35,614 nucleotides of DNA from a virus (taxonomy: Duplodnaviria; Caudoviricetes): IMG/VR virus record IMGVR_UViG_3300030397_000307, positions 1-35,614 of that record, one strand, 5' to 3'. Each line of letters starts with the position of its first letter. Within the stretch, counting starts at the first letter, position 1. The position numbers and the translations under genes are program-made. Positions 26,808-34,500 of the stretch are shown here, piece by piece. The notes beneath the pieces are model-generated. The model was given only the letters and a program-made list of their open reading frames with translations. It had not been told where the DNA came from and searched no databases.

Positions 26808-27956
26808 TCAGTGCTCAATGATAAAATCCTCTGGATCTATTCCATGGTTTCTAAGTGCAGCTGCATCTCTAGCGAACATGCAGTCTGGCGGTACCCGGCC
26901 ATAATGAATCTTATTCGTGCTAGGACACTTCATTTCTAATATATGCATGGGTTCTACATCTACATTCTCAGCTCGCCAAAGCCTGTACTCCCTCCAGGTG
27001 TCTATTTGTTTAGCGTTTAATGCTTGAAACAACCGGTCATACCCTATTTGCTCTGCTAGGATACGCTTTATTTCCACGTTTTCTTCAGTGACAAACCATT
27101 CAGGTTGCCACCGAGAAGAATGCACAGACCCATATTTTTCAGGCATTTGTGTGTTATGCCAATGATAATCTTTTAGATCGAGCAATTCCCAACTGGGCGA
27201 TCCATCAGAATGCAACTCAAAGGTAGGCAGACAAAAAGGCTCTTTTGTCGTCCCCACTTCAACTAATGACACTTTGTGAGGATTGGGAAAGCCGATATAT
27301 ATTAGTTTATTCCATATACCAATAGAACAATATCTTTGATACGCGTTAAATGGAGTAAATTTAGAGTGCTCAAAAGAAGCCCCCAGCTCTTCCCCTAGCG
27401 TAAAATATAGCACGTAGAACCTCCAAGATATGCCGCAATATAAGCTAGAATATAAGCTAGAACTTAGGCCAGAATCTAAGTTAGAACGTAAGCTAGAATA
27501 TAAGCTGGAACGTAAGCTAGAACGTAAGCTAGAACCTAAGCTAGAACGTAAGCTAGAACTTAGGCTAGAATCTAAGTTAAAACTTAGGCTAGAATATAAG
27601 TTAGAATATAAGCTAGAACCTAAGCTAGAACCTAAGCTAGAACGTAAGCTAGAACTTAGGCTAGAATATAAGTTAGAATATAAGCTAGAACCTAAGCTAG
27701 AACCTAAGCTAGAACGTAAGCTAGAACTTAGGCTAGAATCTAAGTTAGAACGTAAGCTAGAAAGTGAGCTAGAATTCTTAGCTTGAAAGACTTTATCTGG
27801 AGCAGGGAATTCTTCTCCCATAAGTTGATATGTCTGTTTTGCCGTACTTTCAACTTTTTCAACGGGGAGGGATTCGGTTTGACGCTCAATCATCTGATAA
27901 ACAAGCTGCCTACATCTTTCAAATTGTCGTTCTGTGATATCTTCTAACTTAATCAT
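26808..27956 (-). CDS. DUF6745-type protein with a tetrapeptide repeat tract
   Basis: LH.DG.P, EENVEIKR...EQIG, L.MKCPST......VPP....A..A motifs; xSSL repeats. Confidence 0.75.
   Translation of the reverse strand: MIKLEDITERQFERCRQLVYQMIERQTESLPVEKVESTAKQTYQLMGEEFPAPDKVFQAKNSSSLSSLRSNLDSSLSSSLRSSLGSSLGSSLYSNLYSSLSSSLRSSLGSSLGSSLYSNLYSSLSFNLDSSLSSSLRSSLGSSLRSSLRSSLYSSLRSNLDSGLSSSLYSSLYCGISWRFYVLYFTLGEELGASFEHSKFTPFNAYQRYCSIGIWNKLIYIGFPNPHKVSLVEVGTTKEPFCLPTFELHSDGSPSWELLDLKDYHWHNTQMPEKYGSVHSSRWQPEWFVTEENVEIKRILAEQIGYDRLFQALNAKQIDTWREYRLWRAENVDVEPMHILEMKCPSTNKIHYGRVPPDCMFARDAAALRNHGIDPEDFIIEH
27438..27775. repeat. Degenerate 12 bp tandem repeat (~28 units) with a 72 bp higher-order duplication
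   Basis: Units like TAAGCTAGAACG/TAAGCTAGAACC/TAAGCTAGAATA; SSSL-RSSL-GSSL-GSSL-YSNL-YSSL occurs twice in succession. Confidence 0.95.
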
Positions 27957-28648
27957 AGGTCCCCTATTCTAATGCTAGGCTTACGAGGTTCGGGACTAAG
28001 CGCTACTGGAGCTGCTTCTATGGGGTCTCCTGTTGGTAGTTTAGCAACCGCAAGTCTCGATAGTCTATATACAAAATCCTTTCCGTACGCTTGAGAGCCG
28101 TTGTAGCATCTGGCTGCGTATTCATACATGTCGTATGCGGGCTTACCAGCATGTCTCTTGATGCAGCTGCTCCACACTTCCATGGCCGTCTCTATACATA
28201 CACGGGGCTTATATAAGTCGGCCCAGGACATGTTGCGCGCAGGCATGTGCCACCCCATGACCTGAAAAGCACAGTGGGAAGAAGCGTACATCCTGCGTTG
28301 GTGCTCATTGCCGGAATACTTGGCCACTCGTTTCATATGATGCGGCTCATATCGAATGGCGTCCATTTGTCCCCCGCTTTCCTTGTCTAATAACACCTGC
28401 ACCACCTCCTGCGGCACGCCGTGCATAGGTGGTATACGGGTTATTAGTTCGTCAAACGTTGGCTCAAACGGTATAAGCTTCTCCTTCCACTGAGTTACTA
28501 TCTTAGGCGGCGGGCCCCATTTCGCATGCGCGAAGTTGACTAGCTCGTCTCCGTACAAACGAATCAATAACAACGCCAGAGCTACGACTAGTCCTCTTAT
28601 TGTCCAATGAACGAACTTTCTGTATATCCTTTTTATTCTCTCTTTCAT
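27953..28648 (-). CDS. Lytic transglycosylase (SLT/lysozyme-like) with N-terminal TM anchor
   Basis: GAGG RBS; catalytic KESGG, AIRYEP, AFQVM, YNGS..Y motifs; TM LVVALALLLI. Confidence 0.8.
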   Translation of the reverse strand: MKERIKRIYRKFVHWTIRGLVVALALLLIRLYGDELVNFAHAKWGPPPKIVTQWKEKLIPFEPTFDELITRIPPMHGVPQEVVQVLLDKESGGQMDAIRYEPHHMKRVAKYSGNEHQRRMYASSHCAFQVMGWHMPARNMSWADLYKPRVCIETAMEVWSSCIKRHAGKPAYDMYEYAARCYNGSQAYGKDFVYRLSRLAVAKLPTGDPIEAAPVALSPEPRKPSIRIGDL

Positions 28649-28727
28649 CGTTAACCTCGTATAAGTAAACCCACATCCCAACCGCCCCTGCCGCGTAAGC
28701 GAATATGGCAACTACGATGTATCCCAT
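28503..28727 (-). CDS. Small membrane protein overlapping the SLT 5' end
   Basis: AAGGAGGAG RBS, TAATG coupling, N-terminal TM helix; 146 bp overlap with the SLT gene. Confidence 0.5.
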   Translation of the reverse strand: MGYIVVAIFAYAAGAVGMWVYLYEVNDERENKKDIQKVRSLDNKRTSRSSGVVIDSFVRRRASQLRACEMGPAA

Positions 28728-28897
28728 TACTCCTCCTTTCTAAGCTTTCGCACATCCTGCTCCGCGGCGTCCCTCCACTTAGTTACTGATTCCATTAATG
28801 TCTTACGCAGTCCGCCTTCCCACTCGCTCTGCGGAGAGACCTCCATGAGCAGGTAGCGGATTACATTAAGTAAGGTTAAGTTGTTGTCGAGTGTCAT
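28727..28897 (-). CDS. Hypothetical protein
   Basis: GGAGG RBS before MTLDNN. Confidence 0.6.
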   Translation of the reverse strand: MTLDNNLTLLNVIRYLLMEVSPQSEWEGGLRKTLMESVTKWRDAAEQDVRKLRKEE

Positions 28898-29075
28898 GTT
28901 TCCTCCCAATTCGTTTAACAGCGTTAGCTGTTTTCTTCGCGTGTTTCCAATATTGTCTCGCTTCTTGTATTTCTACCGCTTCAAACTTCACAAGCGCTGT
29001 GATATATTGATAACAAAGTTCCGGGTCTTCTTCGTAGTACCTTTCACATCGATCTAAAGTTTCTGCGTCCATCAT
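28866..29075 (-). CDS. Hypothetical protein
   Basis: AGGAG RBS; operon packing. Confidence 0.6.
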   Translation of the reverse strand: MMDAETLDRCERYYEEDPELCYQYITALVKFEAVEIQEARQYWKHAKKTANAVKRIGRKHDTRQQLNLT

Positions 29076-29091
29076 TTTCTTGTTCTCCTAT

Positions 29092-29322
29092 TTATTTGTT
29101 TTCTAATTCCCAAGCTGCCCATTCCACCACATCACCGGGTTCTTTCACGGCCTTTCGAAAGTCTTCTAACTCACCTTGGCAGTACATCTTCTCTGCTAGC
29201 TCGTATAAGCATTCGATGGCTGTGAAATATTTTTTCTTTTCTTCGACTGTAGTGGCGGCTACCACCTTGTTTGAAATCTTATTGTAATAGTCGATGTATG
29301 TTTGCAATTCATAATTACTCAT
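29092..29322 (-). CDS. Hypothetical protein
   Basis: Overlapping start/stop packing in the minus operon. Confidence 0.6.
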   Translation of the reverse strand: MSNYELQTYIDYYNKISNKVVAATTVEEKKKYFTAIECLYELAEKMYCQGELEDFRKAVKEPGDVVEWAAWELENK

Positions 29323-29530
29323 GGTTTACTTTCCTATAATGCTTCTCGGGGTCTAATAATTGTCGAGTTATCGGGTCCCACATAGCTAACTTTTCCCAAC
29401 TCCACCACACGTAGGCATCGCAACCCGGGTGGAGGCAAGAGACGGTAACCCTGGGATTATCTTTATTGTAGACCCAGTCTACCGTCTCTTTTTTACATCT
29501 TGGGCATAAAAAGACTCGCTCCTCCTTCAC
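29315..29530 (-). CDS. Small zinc-finger-like protein
   Basis: CPRC...CLHPGC. Confidence 0.6.
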   Translation of the reverse strand: MKEERVFLCPRCKKETVDWVYNKDNPRVTVSCLHPGCDAYVWWSWEKLAMWDPITRQLLDPEKHYRKVNHE

Positions 29531-29727
29531 CTTTTCTCCTCGTAAAGCCTCAACTCTAACCTATTGAGAGCCGAAGTTATGTATTGTAAAGAGGCAGAGA
29601 TGGCACTGAGCTGCTCAAACTTTGCCTGTTCGACTATTAGCCTTACGTCATCTTTCGACAGCAACCGTCTATGGTTCTTAATATAGAGCGATGCTGGGTG
29701 TGACGGTGGAGCGAGTTCTTGTTCCAT
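29527..29727 (-). CDS. Hypothetical protein
   Basis: AGGAGG RBS. Confidence 0.65.
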   Translation of the reverse strand: MEQELAPPSHPASLYIKNHRRLLSKDDVRLIVEQAKFEQLSAISASLQYITSALNRLELRLYEEKR

Positions 29728-29736
29728 GATTACCTC

Positions 29737-30204
29737 CTAAAATGGAATATCGTCTTGTTCTAGTGTAGTATTCTTTGTTTTTGCTTTTATCTTTGTTGGC
29801 TTAGCGCCTTCCGGAGCAGGCATAATGCCCATAAGGTTGTTAAACCTTCCGTTGTCACTAGGCTCGCTCATGATAAGGAACTCTTTATCAATTTGCTCAT
29901 TGAGCCACGACCAAAGACCATCGTTGTCTGTCTTTGCATAGTCAGGTGCTCCCATTTGGGTAGCAATCTTGACTAGCGCAGAGCGTGGATGACATTTGGC
30001 GGCTGCTACTTTGTTAATGCGGTTCTCTTCCGCGCCAACAACATGGAACTTGAGGATGAGCTTCATCTCTTGTTCTTCCGACTGCCACTTGTTCATCATC
30101 TTGTGCTCGATTTCTACAAAGTTACAGAGGTATTGTCCTGATGGTAATGGGTCAGGGAAATCTCCGTCGCCCATGCTTACTTGTATAATTGGGTTATTTT
30201 CCAT
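29737..30204 (-). CDS. Putative single-stranded DNA-binding protein
   Basis: P.G.Y beta-rich OB-like core; acidic C-terminal DDIPF tail; AAGGAG RBS. Confidence 0.7.
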   Translation of the reverse strand: MENNPIIQVSMGDGDFPDPLPSGQYLCNFVEIEHKMMNKWQSEEQEMKLILKFHVVGAEENRINKVAAAKCHPRSALVKIATQMGAPDYAKTDNDGLWSWLNEQIDKEFLIMSEPSDNGRFNNLMGIMPAPEGAKPTKIKAKTKNTTLEQDDIPF

Positions 30205-30385
30205 TTTGGTTCTCCTTTCTTTCTTCTGCGTTTTTATCGTGCGTTGTTATTACTAGTTTCTTGGCTAATGCCAGTCCGTCTGAGGCCTTATCGCCTTCTT
30301 CTAGTTCTACTATTACTGATATGTCTTCGGTTTCGTAATTCCCTAAATTGAATTTTCTACCGTATGTGACACTAATTGCTTTCAT
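30194..30385 (-). CDS. Conserved small phage protein
   Basis: ISVTYGRKFNLGNYE motif; GGAG RBS. Confidence 0.7.
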   Translation of the reverse strand: MKAISVTYGRKFNLGNYETEDISVIVELEEGDKASDGLALAKKLVITTHDKNAEERKENQNGK

Positions 30386-30386
30386 A

Positions 30387-30563
30387 TTATCTCCAACCAC
30401 TTACAAAGGGGCTCGGCTTAAACGTGCTTGCACCTTTGTGCATATCTAACTTGTCGATACAAATGGGGCCATATGGTTTTCCGTCTCTCCACTTAATGTT
30501 TGTTATTAATCGCCCACATCGGTGGCAGAATGTTTTCTTCTCTTCTTTCTTTTCAGTTTCCAT
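30387..30563 (-). CDS. 58 aa Zn-binding protein, DUF6011-like (not in ORF track)
   Basis: CHRCGRLIT...YGPIC; GAGGG RBS; first gene of the leftward operon. Confidence 0.65.
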   Translation of the reverse strand: METEKKEEKKTFCHRCGRLITNIKWRDGKPYGPICIDKLDMHKGASTFKPSPFVSGWR

Positions 30564-30582
30564 AACTTTTCCCTCTTTGTGC

Positions 30583-30652
30583 TTGACAACAACTTAACGA
30601 TAAGACATTATGGGGGAAGTGTCAAATGTTTTTTTGAAAAAAATAATATAAT
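30583..30652. promoter_or_regulatory. Overlapping divergent sigma70 promoters
   Basis: Minus: TTGACA(30625-30620)-17-TATCGT. Plus: TTGACA(30583-88)-17-CATTAT. Extra TATAAT at 30647-52, 6 nt before ATG 30659. Confidence 0.65.
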
Positions 30653-30658
30653 AGGAAT

Positions 30659-30877
30659 ATGATACTGGAAATAATAGAAAAATGCGGAGGCCAATGGGAA
30701 GTAGCATATCGCTGTAAGGTGCATCCTGAGACGGTCAAGAGGTGGTACACGCAAGGAATCCCTGAAAAGTATTGGGCAGTTATCATGGAATTATACAATG
30801 GACGCATCTCTCCAGCGAAATTGCATCAAGCCAATGAGTTCACTCGAGCGGAGAGAGCCCGCGTTGAGGGAAGCTGA
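30659..30877 (+). CDS. Cro-like HTH regulator
   Basis: II...GG...VA..C.V....V..W...GIP..YW. Confidence 0.8.
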   Translation: MILEIIEKCGGQWEVAYRCKVHPETVKRWYTQGIPEKYWAVIMELYNGRISPAKLHQANEFTRAERARVEGS

Positions 30878-31361
30878 AAGGTTTTTTGAGCTGATAGCTG
30901 AAGGGGAAGAGATAACATTCCAGTGGTTTGGGGAAGGTGGTGCGAATATTCGCCCAGGGATATGCCATGGCCATTTTGACGATTGTGCAGATAGGCTTGC
31001 AGAATTAAATAGTAGGGGGGCGGGCATCTTCTGGATGGTTAACGCTGGGGACGGTAAGGGAAGAAGCGCTGAGAACGTTAATAGAGTAAGAGCCTTGTTC
31101 GTTGATTTAGATGGTGCTCCGTTAGAGCCCGTACTGAAAAGTAAAGCGCAGCCGCATATAATAACAGAAACAAGTAAGGGGCATTACCACGCGTATTGGA
31201 ACGTGGATATTCCCGTATCTAAATTTTCCGAGCTACAGAAGAGATTGGCTGGTAAGTTGGGAGGCGACCCAGTCGTTCACGATCTCTGTAGAGTGCTGAG
31301 AGTACCAGGTTTCTACAACCTGAAGGGAGAGCCATTTCTTTGTAAAATACTAGACATCTGA
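30798..31361 (+). CDS. RepB-type (AEP superfamily) DNA primase domain protein; start uncertain
   Basis: VRALFVDLDG, ETS.G.YHAYW, D.....DL.RVLRVPGF.N.K motifs. Confidence 0.85.
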   Translation: MDASLQRNCIKPMSSLERREPALREAERFFELIAEGEEITFQWFGEGGANIRPGICHGHFDDCADRLAELNSRGAGIFWMVNAGDGKGRSAENVNRVRALFVDLDGAPLEPVLKSKAQPHIITETSKGHYHAYWNVDIPVSKFSELQKRLAGKLGGDPVVHDLCRVLRVPGFYNLKGEPFLCKILDI

Positions 31362-31383
31362 GAGAAAAATAGGAACCCGGCAG

Positions 31384-33084
31384 ATGAGAAAATATACGTT
31401 AGACGAGTTCGTGGAGCTCATGGAGCTACATGGTGAGAACCCTATTATACAGTATAAAGAACCGCTACCGCCGCCTGAGAAAATAAATGGGATTAATAAA
31501 GGAGAGAGGAATAGCCTGCTGCACAGCTATGCCACGAAGTATGTCTATGAGGGCTTAGAAGCCGCTGAGAGGTTCAGGAAGCTACAAGAGCTCAATGAAG
31601 AGAAGTGTCACCCACCCTTAGACGATGAAGAGCTCCTAAGGATAAATAGGAGCGTCAACGACTATCCTAGGCAAAAAGCTAAGAAAATAGAGAAGGAGTT
31701 AGAACCCGTTGAGCACTATGTTCCGCATCCGCTTGTACAAAAATGTACAGACGTGGGGAACTCTTTGCGGCTTATACATCGGCATGGGAAAGGAATACGG
31801 TTTTGCCCTGAATTAAATGACTTTTTTACGTGGAACGGAAGGATTTGGGAGAAAGGAGAGGCTCCAGTAATTGAGAGGGCAAAAGAAACTGCGCAAAAGA
31901 TTACGGAGGAGGCGGCACTAATTAGCGATAAGGATGAGAGAAAAAGGTTGTTTAATTGGGCACTTAGGTCGGAGGAACGAGGGAAAATAAATAATATGAT
32001 TAAGCTCACCGAGAGTGTGCCTGAGGTGAGAATTAAGGAAAAAGATTTGGATTCTAATCCAAACTTAATTGGCGCACAGAATGGGACGATAGATTTAAAA
32101 ACTGGGACATTAATGTGTCACAATCGTGACCATTTTATTACAAAAGAGACACAAGTGACACATATGGCAGGTGCTGAGTGTCCTCAGTTTATTTCGTTTC
32201 TCGATAATATATTCCAAGGAAATCAAGAGATTATCAAATTTGTGCAGAAGGCTGCGGGGTATTCCCTGACAGGGAGCACAAATGAGCGGTGCGTTTTTAT
32301 TCTTCACGGCTCAGGGAAGAACGGTAAAAGCACGCTCGTTAATACACTAAGGTATGTAATCGGCGATGATTATGCTGCAACAACACCGATAGAAACGTTG
32401 ATGGTTAAACAATATGGGGAGGGAATACCAAATGATATCGCAGGACTCAGAGGAAAAAGATTTGTATCTGCTAGTGAAGCTGAGCAAGGCAAGCGGTTGG
32501 CCGAAAGTCTGCTTAAATCTCTTACTGGGGGGGAGCCAATATCAGCTAGATTTCTCAGAGCTGAATTCTTTGAGTTTATCCCGCAGTTTAAAATCTGGCT
32601 CTCTACTAACCACAAACCTGTCATCAAAGGAACTGACGAAGCTATTTGGGACAGAGTTCGATTGATACCATTTAACGTGAGAATACCCGATGAGGAGGTG
32701 GATGAAGAGCTCGGAGAGAAGCTCAAAAGCGAGGCTCCGGGGATACTAAATTGGATGGTAGAAGGGTGCATGAAATGGAGGGAAGAAGGCCTCAAAAAAC
32801 CGCAAGAGGTGGATGACGCAATAAATGAATACCGCAGGGAAATGGATGTTATTGGCGATTTCCTAGAATGTTGCTGCGTGTTTGGAGAGGGACTTTCAGC
32901 TAGTATATCTGATGTATTTAATAGGTATCAAGACCACACAGGGATGAAAAACGTTACAAAAATAGCGTTTGGGAGGCTTTTAGAAGAACGGGGTTTTACT
33001 AAGAAAAAGGGGAATTTGGGGCGTCGGGAATGGCAAGGCCTTGCTTTAATTGAAGAAAATGAAAGTGAAGGAATGCCTTTTTAG
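31384..33084 (+). CDS. PriCT + D5/P4-family SF3 helicase
   Basis: GERNSLL (PriCT), TDVGN (D5_N), Walker A GSGKNGKST, K.LTGGE.ISARFL, TNHKP, AIWDR. Confidence 0.92.
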   Translation: MRKYTLDEFVELMELHGENPIIQYKEPLPPPEKINGINKGERNSLLHSYATKYVYEGLEAAERFRKLQELNEEKCHPPLDDEELLRINRSVNDYPRQKAKKIEKELEPVEHYVPHPLVQKCTDVGNSLRLIHRHGKGIRFCPELNDFFTWNGRIWEKGEAPVIERAKETAQKITEEAALISDKDERKRLFNWALRSEERGKINNMIKLTESVPEVRIKEKDLDSNPNLIGAQNGTIDLKTGTLMCHNRDHFITKETQVTHMAGAECPQFISFLDNIFQGNQEIIKFVQKAAGYSLTGSTNERCVFILHGSGKNGKSTLVNTLRYVIGDDYAATTPIETLMVKQYGEGIPNDIAGLRGKRFVSASEAEQGKRLAESLLKSLTGGEPISARFLRAEFFEFIPQFKIWLSTNHKPVIKGTDEAIWDRVRLIPFNVRIPDEEVDEELGEKLKSEAPGILNWMVEGCMKWREEGLKKPQEVDDAINEYRREMDVIGDFLECCCVFGEGLSASISDVFNRYQDHTGMKNVTKIAFGRLLEERGFTKKKGNLGRREWQGLALIEENESEGMPF

Positions 33085-33100
33085 GCAGTAGAATAGTATT

Positions 33101-33206
33101 GTGTGGCAAAGTGGCAAGAAGTGGCAAGAAATAGTAGTAACTTCTCTAGTAACCCCTATAGAGAGTCTATAATGCAAACAGCGCCTCATCTTGCCTCTTG
33201 CCACAC
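33101..33206. repeat. Convergent GTGGCAA(G) repeats flanking an AT-rich core, putative replication origin
   Basis: GTGGCAAA GTGGCAAGAA GTGGCAAGAA ... TCTTGCC TCTTGCCACAC directly after the helicase stop. Confidence 0.6.
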
Positions 33207-33242
33207 CTTATATTTTAGGTGAGGAATAGGATAACGGTTATT

Positions 33243-33572
33243 ATGGGACACTGGAGGAGACTAAAGTATGGCAATCAGAAGACAGTCATTGATGGAATAA
33301 CGTTTGACAGCAAAAAGGAGGGAAATAGATATGCCGAGCTCAAAATGTTACAAATGGCTAAGGAGATTTCTCAGCTGGAAGTACAGCCCAGATTTGATTG
33401 TCGTATTAGGGGCAAGCATATTTGTAATTATTTTGCTGATTTTAAGTATTATGATCATAAACAGAATATTTGGGTGGTAGAAGATGTTAAAGGAGTACAA
33501 ACTGCGGTATTTAAATTAAAGAAAAAACTGGTCGAAGCATTATACCCCATTGAGATTGTAATAGTGGGGTGA
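33243..33572 (+). CDS. DUF1064 family (PD-(D/E)xK-like) endonuclease
   Basis: KYGN.KT.IDGI.FDSKKE, Y.ADF.Y, VVEDVKG..T..FKLKKKL. Confidence 0.88.
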   Translation: MGHWRRLKYGNQKTVIDGITFDSKKEGNRYAELKMLQMAKEISQLEVQPRFDCRIRGKHICNYFADFKYYDHKQNIWVVEDVKGVQTAVFKLKKKLVEALYPIEIVIVG

Positions 33573-33618
33573 AAAACCCATCACTTTTTGGAGGGGGTTT
33601 TCAACCCCAAAAGTATTT

Positions 33619-34032
33619 ATGACAGAAGCACTGAATGAAAAGATTAAATGGGCTGAGATGTTCCCTAATTTTGCTCCTAAGGAGATTTACAGCCCAGACA
33701 CTCTGCAGCACCCATCATGGTTAGATCTTGCCGCTATGGAGAAGCTACAGCGCTTCAGGAACGTTTTAAACAAGCCTATCTTAGTAAATCATGGTAATTT
33801 ACAATTAAGGGGGGTACGTTCCTGCTCAGAACAAGCAGGACTACTACGAACTGGAGCTTCATCAGCAAGATTCAGCTACCACATTCAAGGATGTGCTTTT
33901 GATATTACCGTCCCTGATATGTCGGTAAATGAATTAACCCAGTGGTGTAGAGATTTCCACTGGACAAAAGTTATACCTTATCCAGATAAGAAATTTGTAC
34001 ATGTACATTACACAGATACCTACGAATTTTAA
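33619..34032 (+). CDS. Peptidase M15-like (D-Ala-D-Ala type) probable endolysin
   Basis: L...R.....PI.VN, G.RS, SYH..G.AFDI, FVHV Zn-ligand motifs. Confidence 0.8.
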   Translation: MTEALNEKIKWAEMFPNFAPKEIYSPDTLQHPSWLDLAAMEKLQRFRNVLNKPILVNHGNLQLRGVRSCSEQAGLLRTGASSARFSYHIQGCAFDITVPDMSVNELTQWCRDFHWTKVIPYPDKKFVHVHYTDTYEF

Positions 34033-34047
34033 GGGTTAATTGGTAAT

Positions 34048-34500
34048 TTGGACATAGAAAAAAGAGCAAATACAAATGGGACATATTTACCTGCCGAGAA
34101 AAATAAAGGCGGTAGACCTGCTCATGTTCCTACGCCTGAAACTAGAGAGATCGTTAGCCGCTATGCTCGGCTAGGAGTTAGGCAGGATTTAATTGCCGCT
34201 GAGATTGAGATTAGCGACGAAACCCTAAGGAAGTATTATCGAAAGGAATTGACCAAGCCTAGAGCTGAGCTAGGAGCACAAGTAGCGGAGTGTTTGGTGC
34301 AGAGAGCGTTGGCAGGCAGTGAGACCAGCATAATCTTTTACTTGAAAACTCAGCAAAACTGGAAGGAGACTCAGGAGATACAACACACTGGCTATGATGG
34401 TATGCCGTTGGGGATAGATTGCTCGAAGGACGAGACAAGAGAAGAGTGGCTAGCTAGAAGAGAAAAAGAGAAAGAGCAACTCAAGATAGAGGAAAAGTGA
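34048..34500 (+). CDS. terS: Terminase small subunit (HTH)
   Basis: GGRP.H.PT, IA..I.IS.ETLRKYY..EL, A..G..T..IFYLKT...WKE. Confidence 0.8.
   Translation: MDIEKRANTNGTYLPAEKNKGGRPAHVPTPETREIVSRYARLGVRQDLIAAEIEISDETLRKYYRKELTKPRAELGAQVAECLVQRALAGSETSIIFYLKTQQNWKETQEIQHTGYDGMPLGIDCSKDETREEWLARREKEKEQLKIEEK

Noticed and set aside
27438-27775. Repeat array as a CRISPR or DGR element
   Set aside because: Contiguous 12 bp coding repeats without unique spacers; no cas or reverse transcriptase gene and no TR/VR pair seen
27430-27786. Plus-strand 118 aa (K/R)LE(Y/R/P/L/S) repeat ORF
   Set aside because: Mirror of the minus-strand xSSL tract; open only because the repeat unit lacks stops; no RBS
33566-33608. 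Imperfect inverted repeat GGGGTGAAAAACCC...GGGGTTTTCAACCCC
   Set aside because: Could be a hairpin or operator, but it is mismatched, lacks a U-tract and has no second copy that I could see; too weak to call
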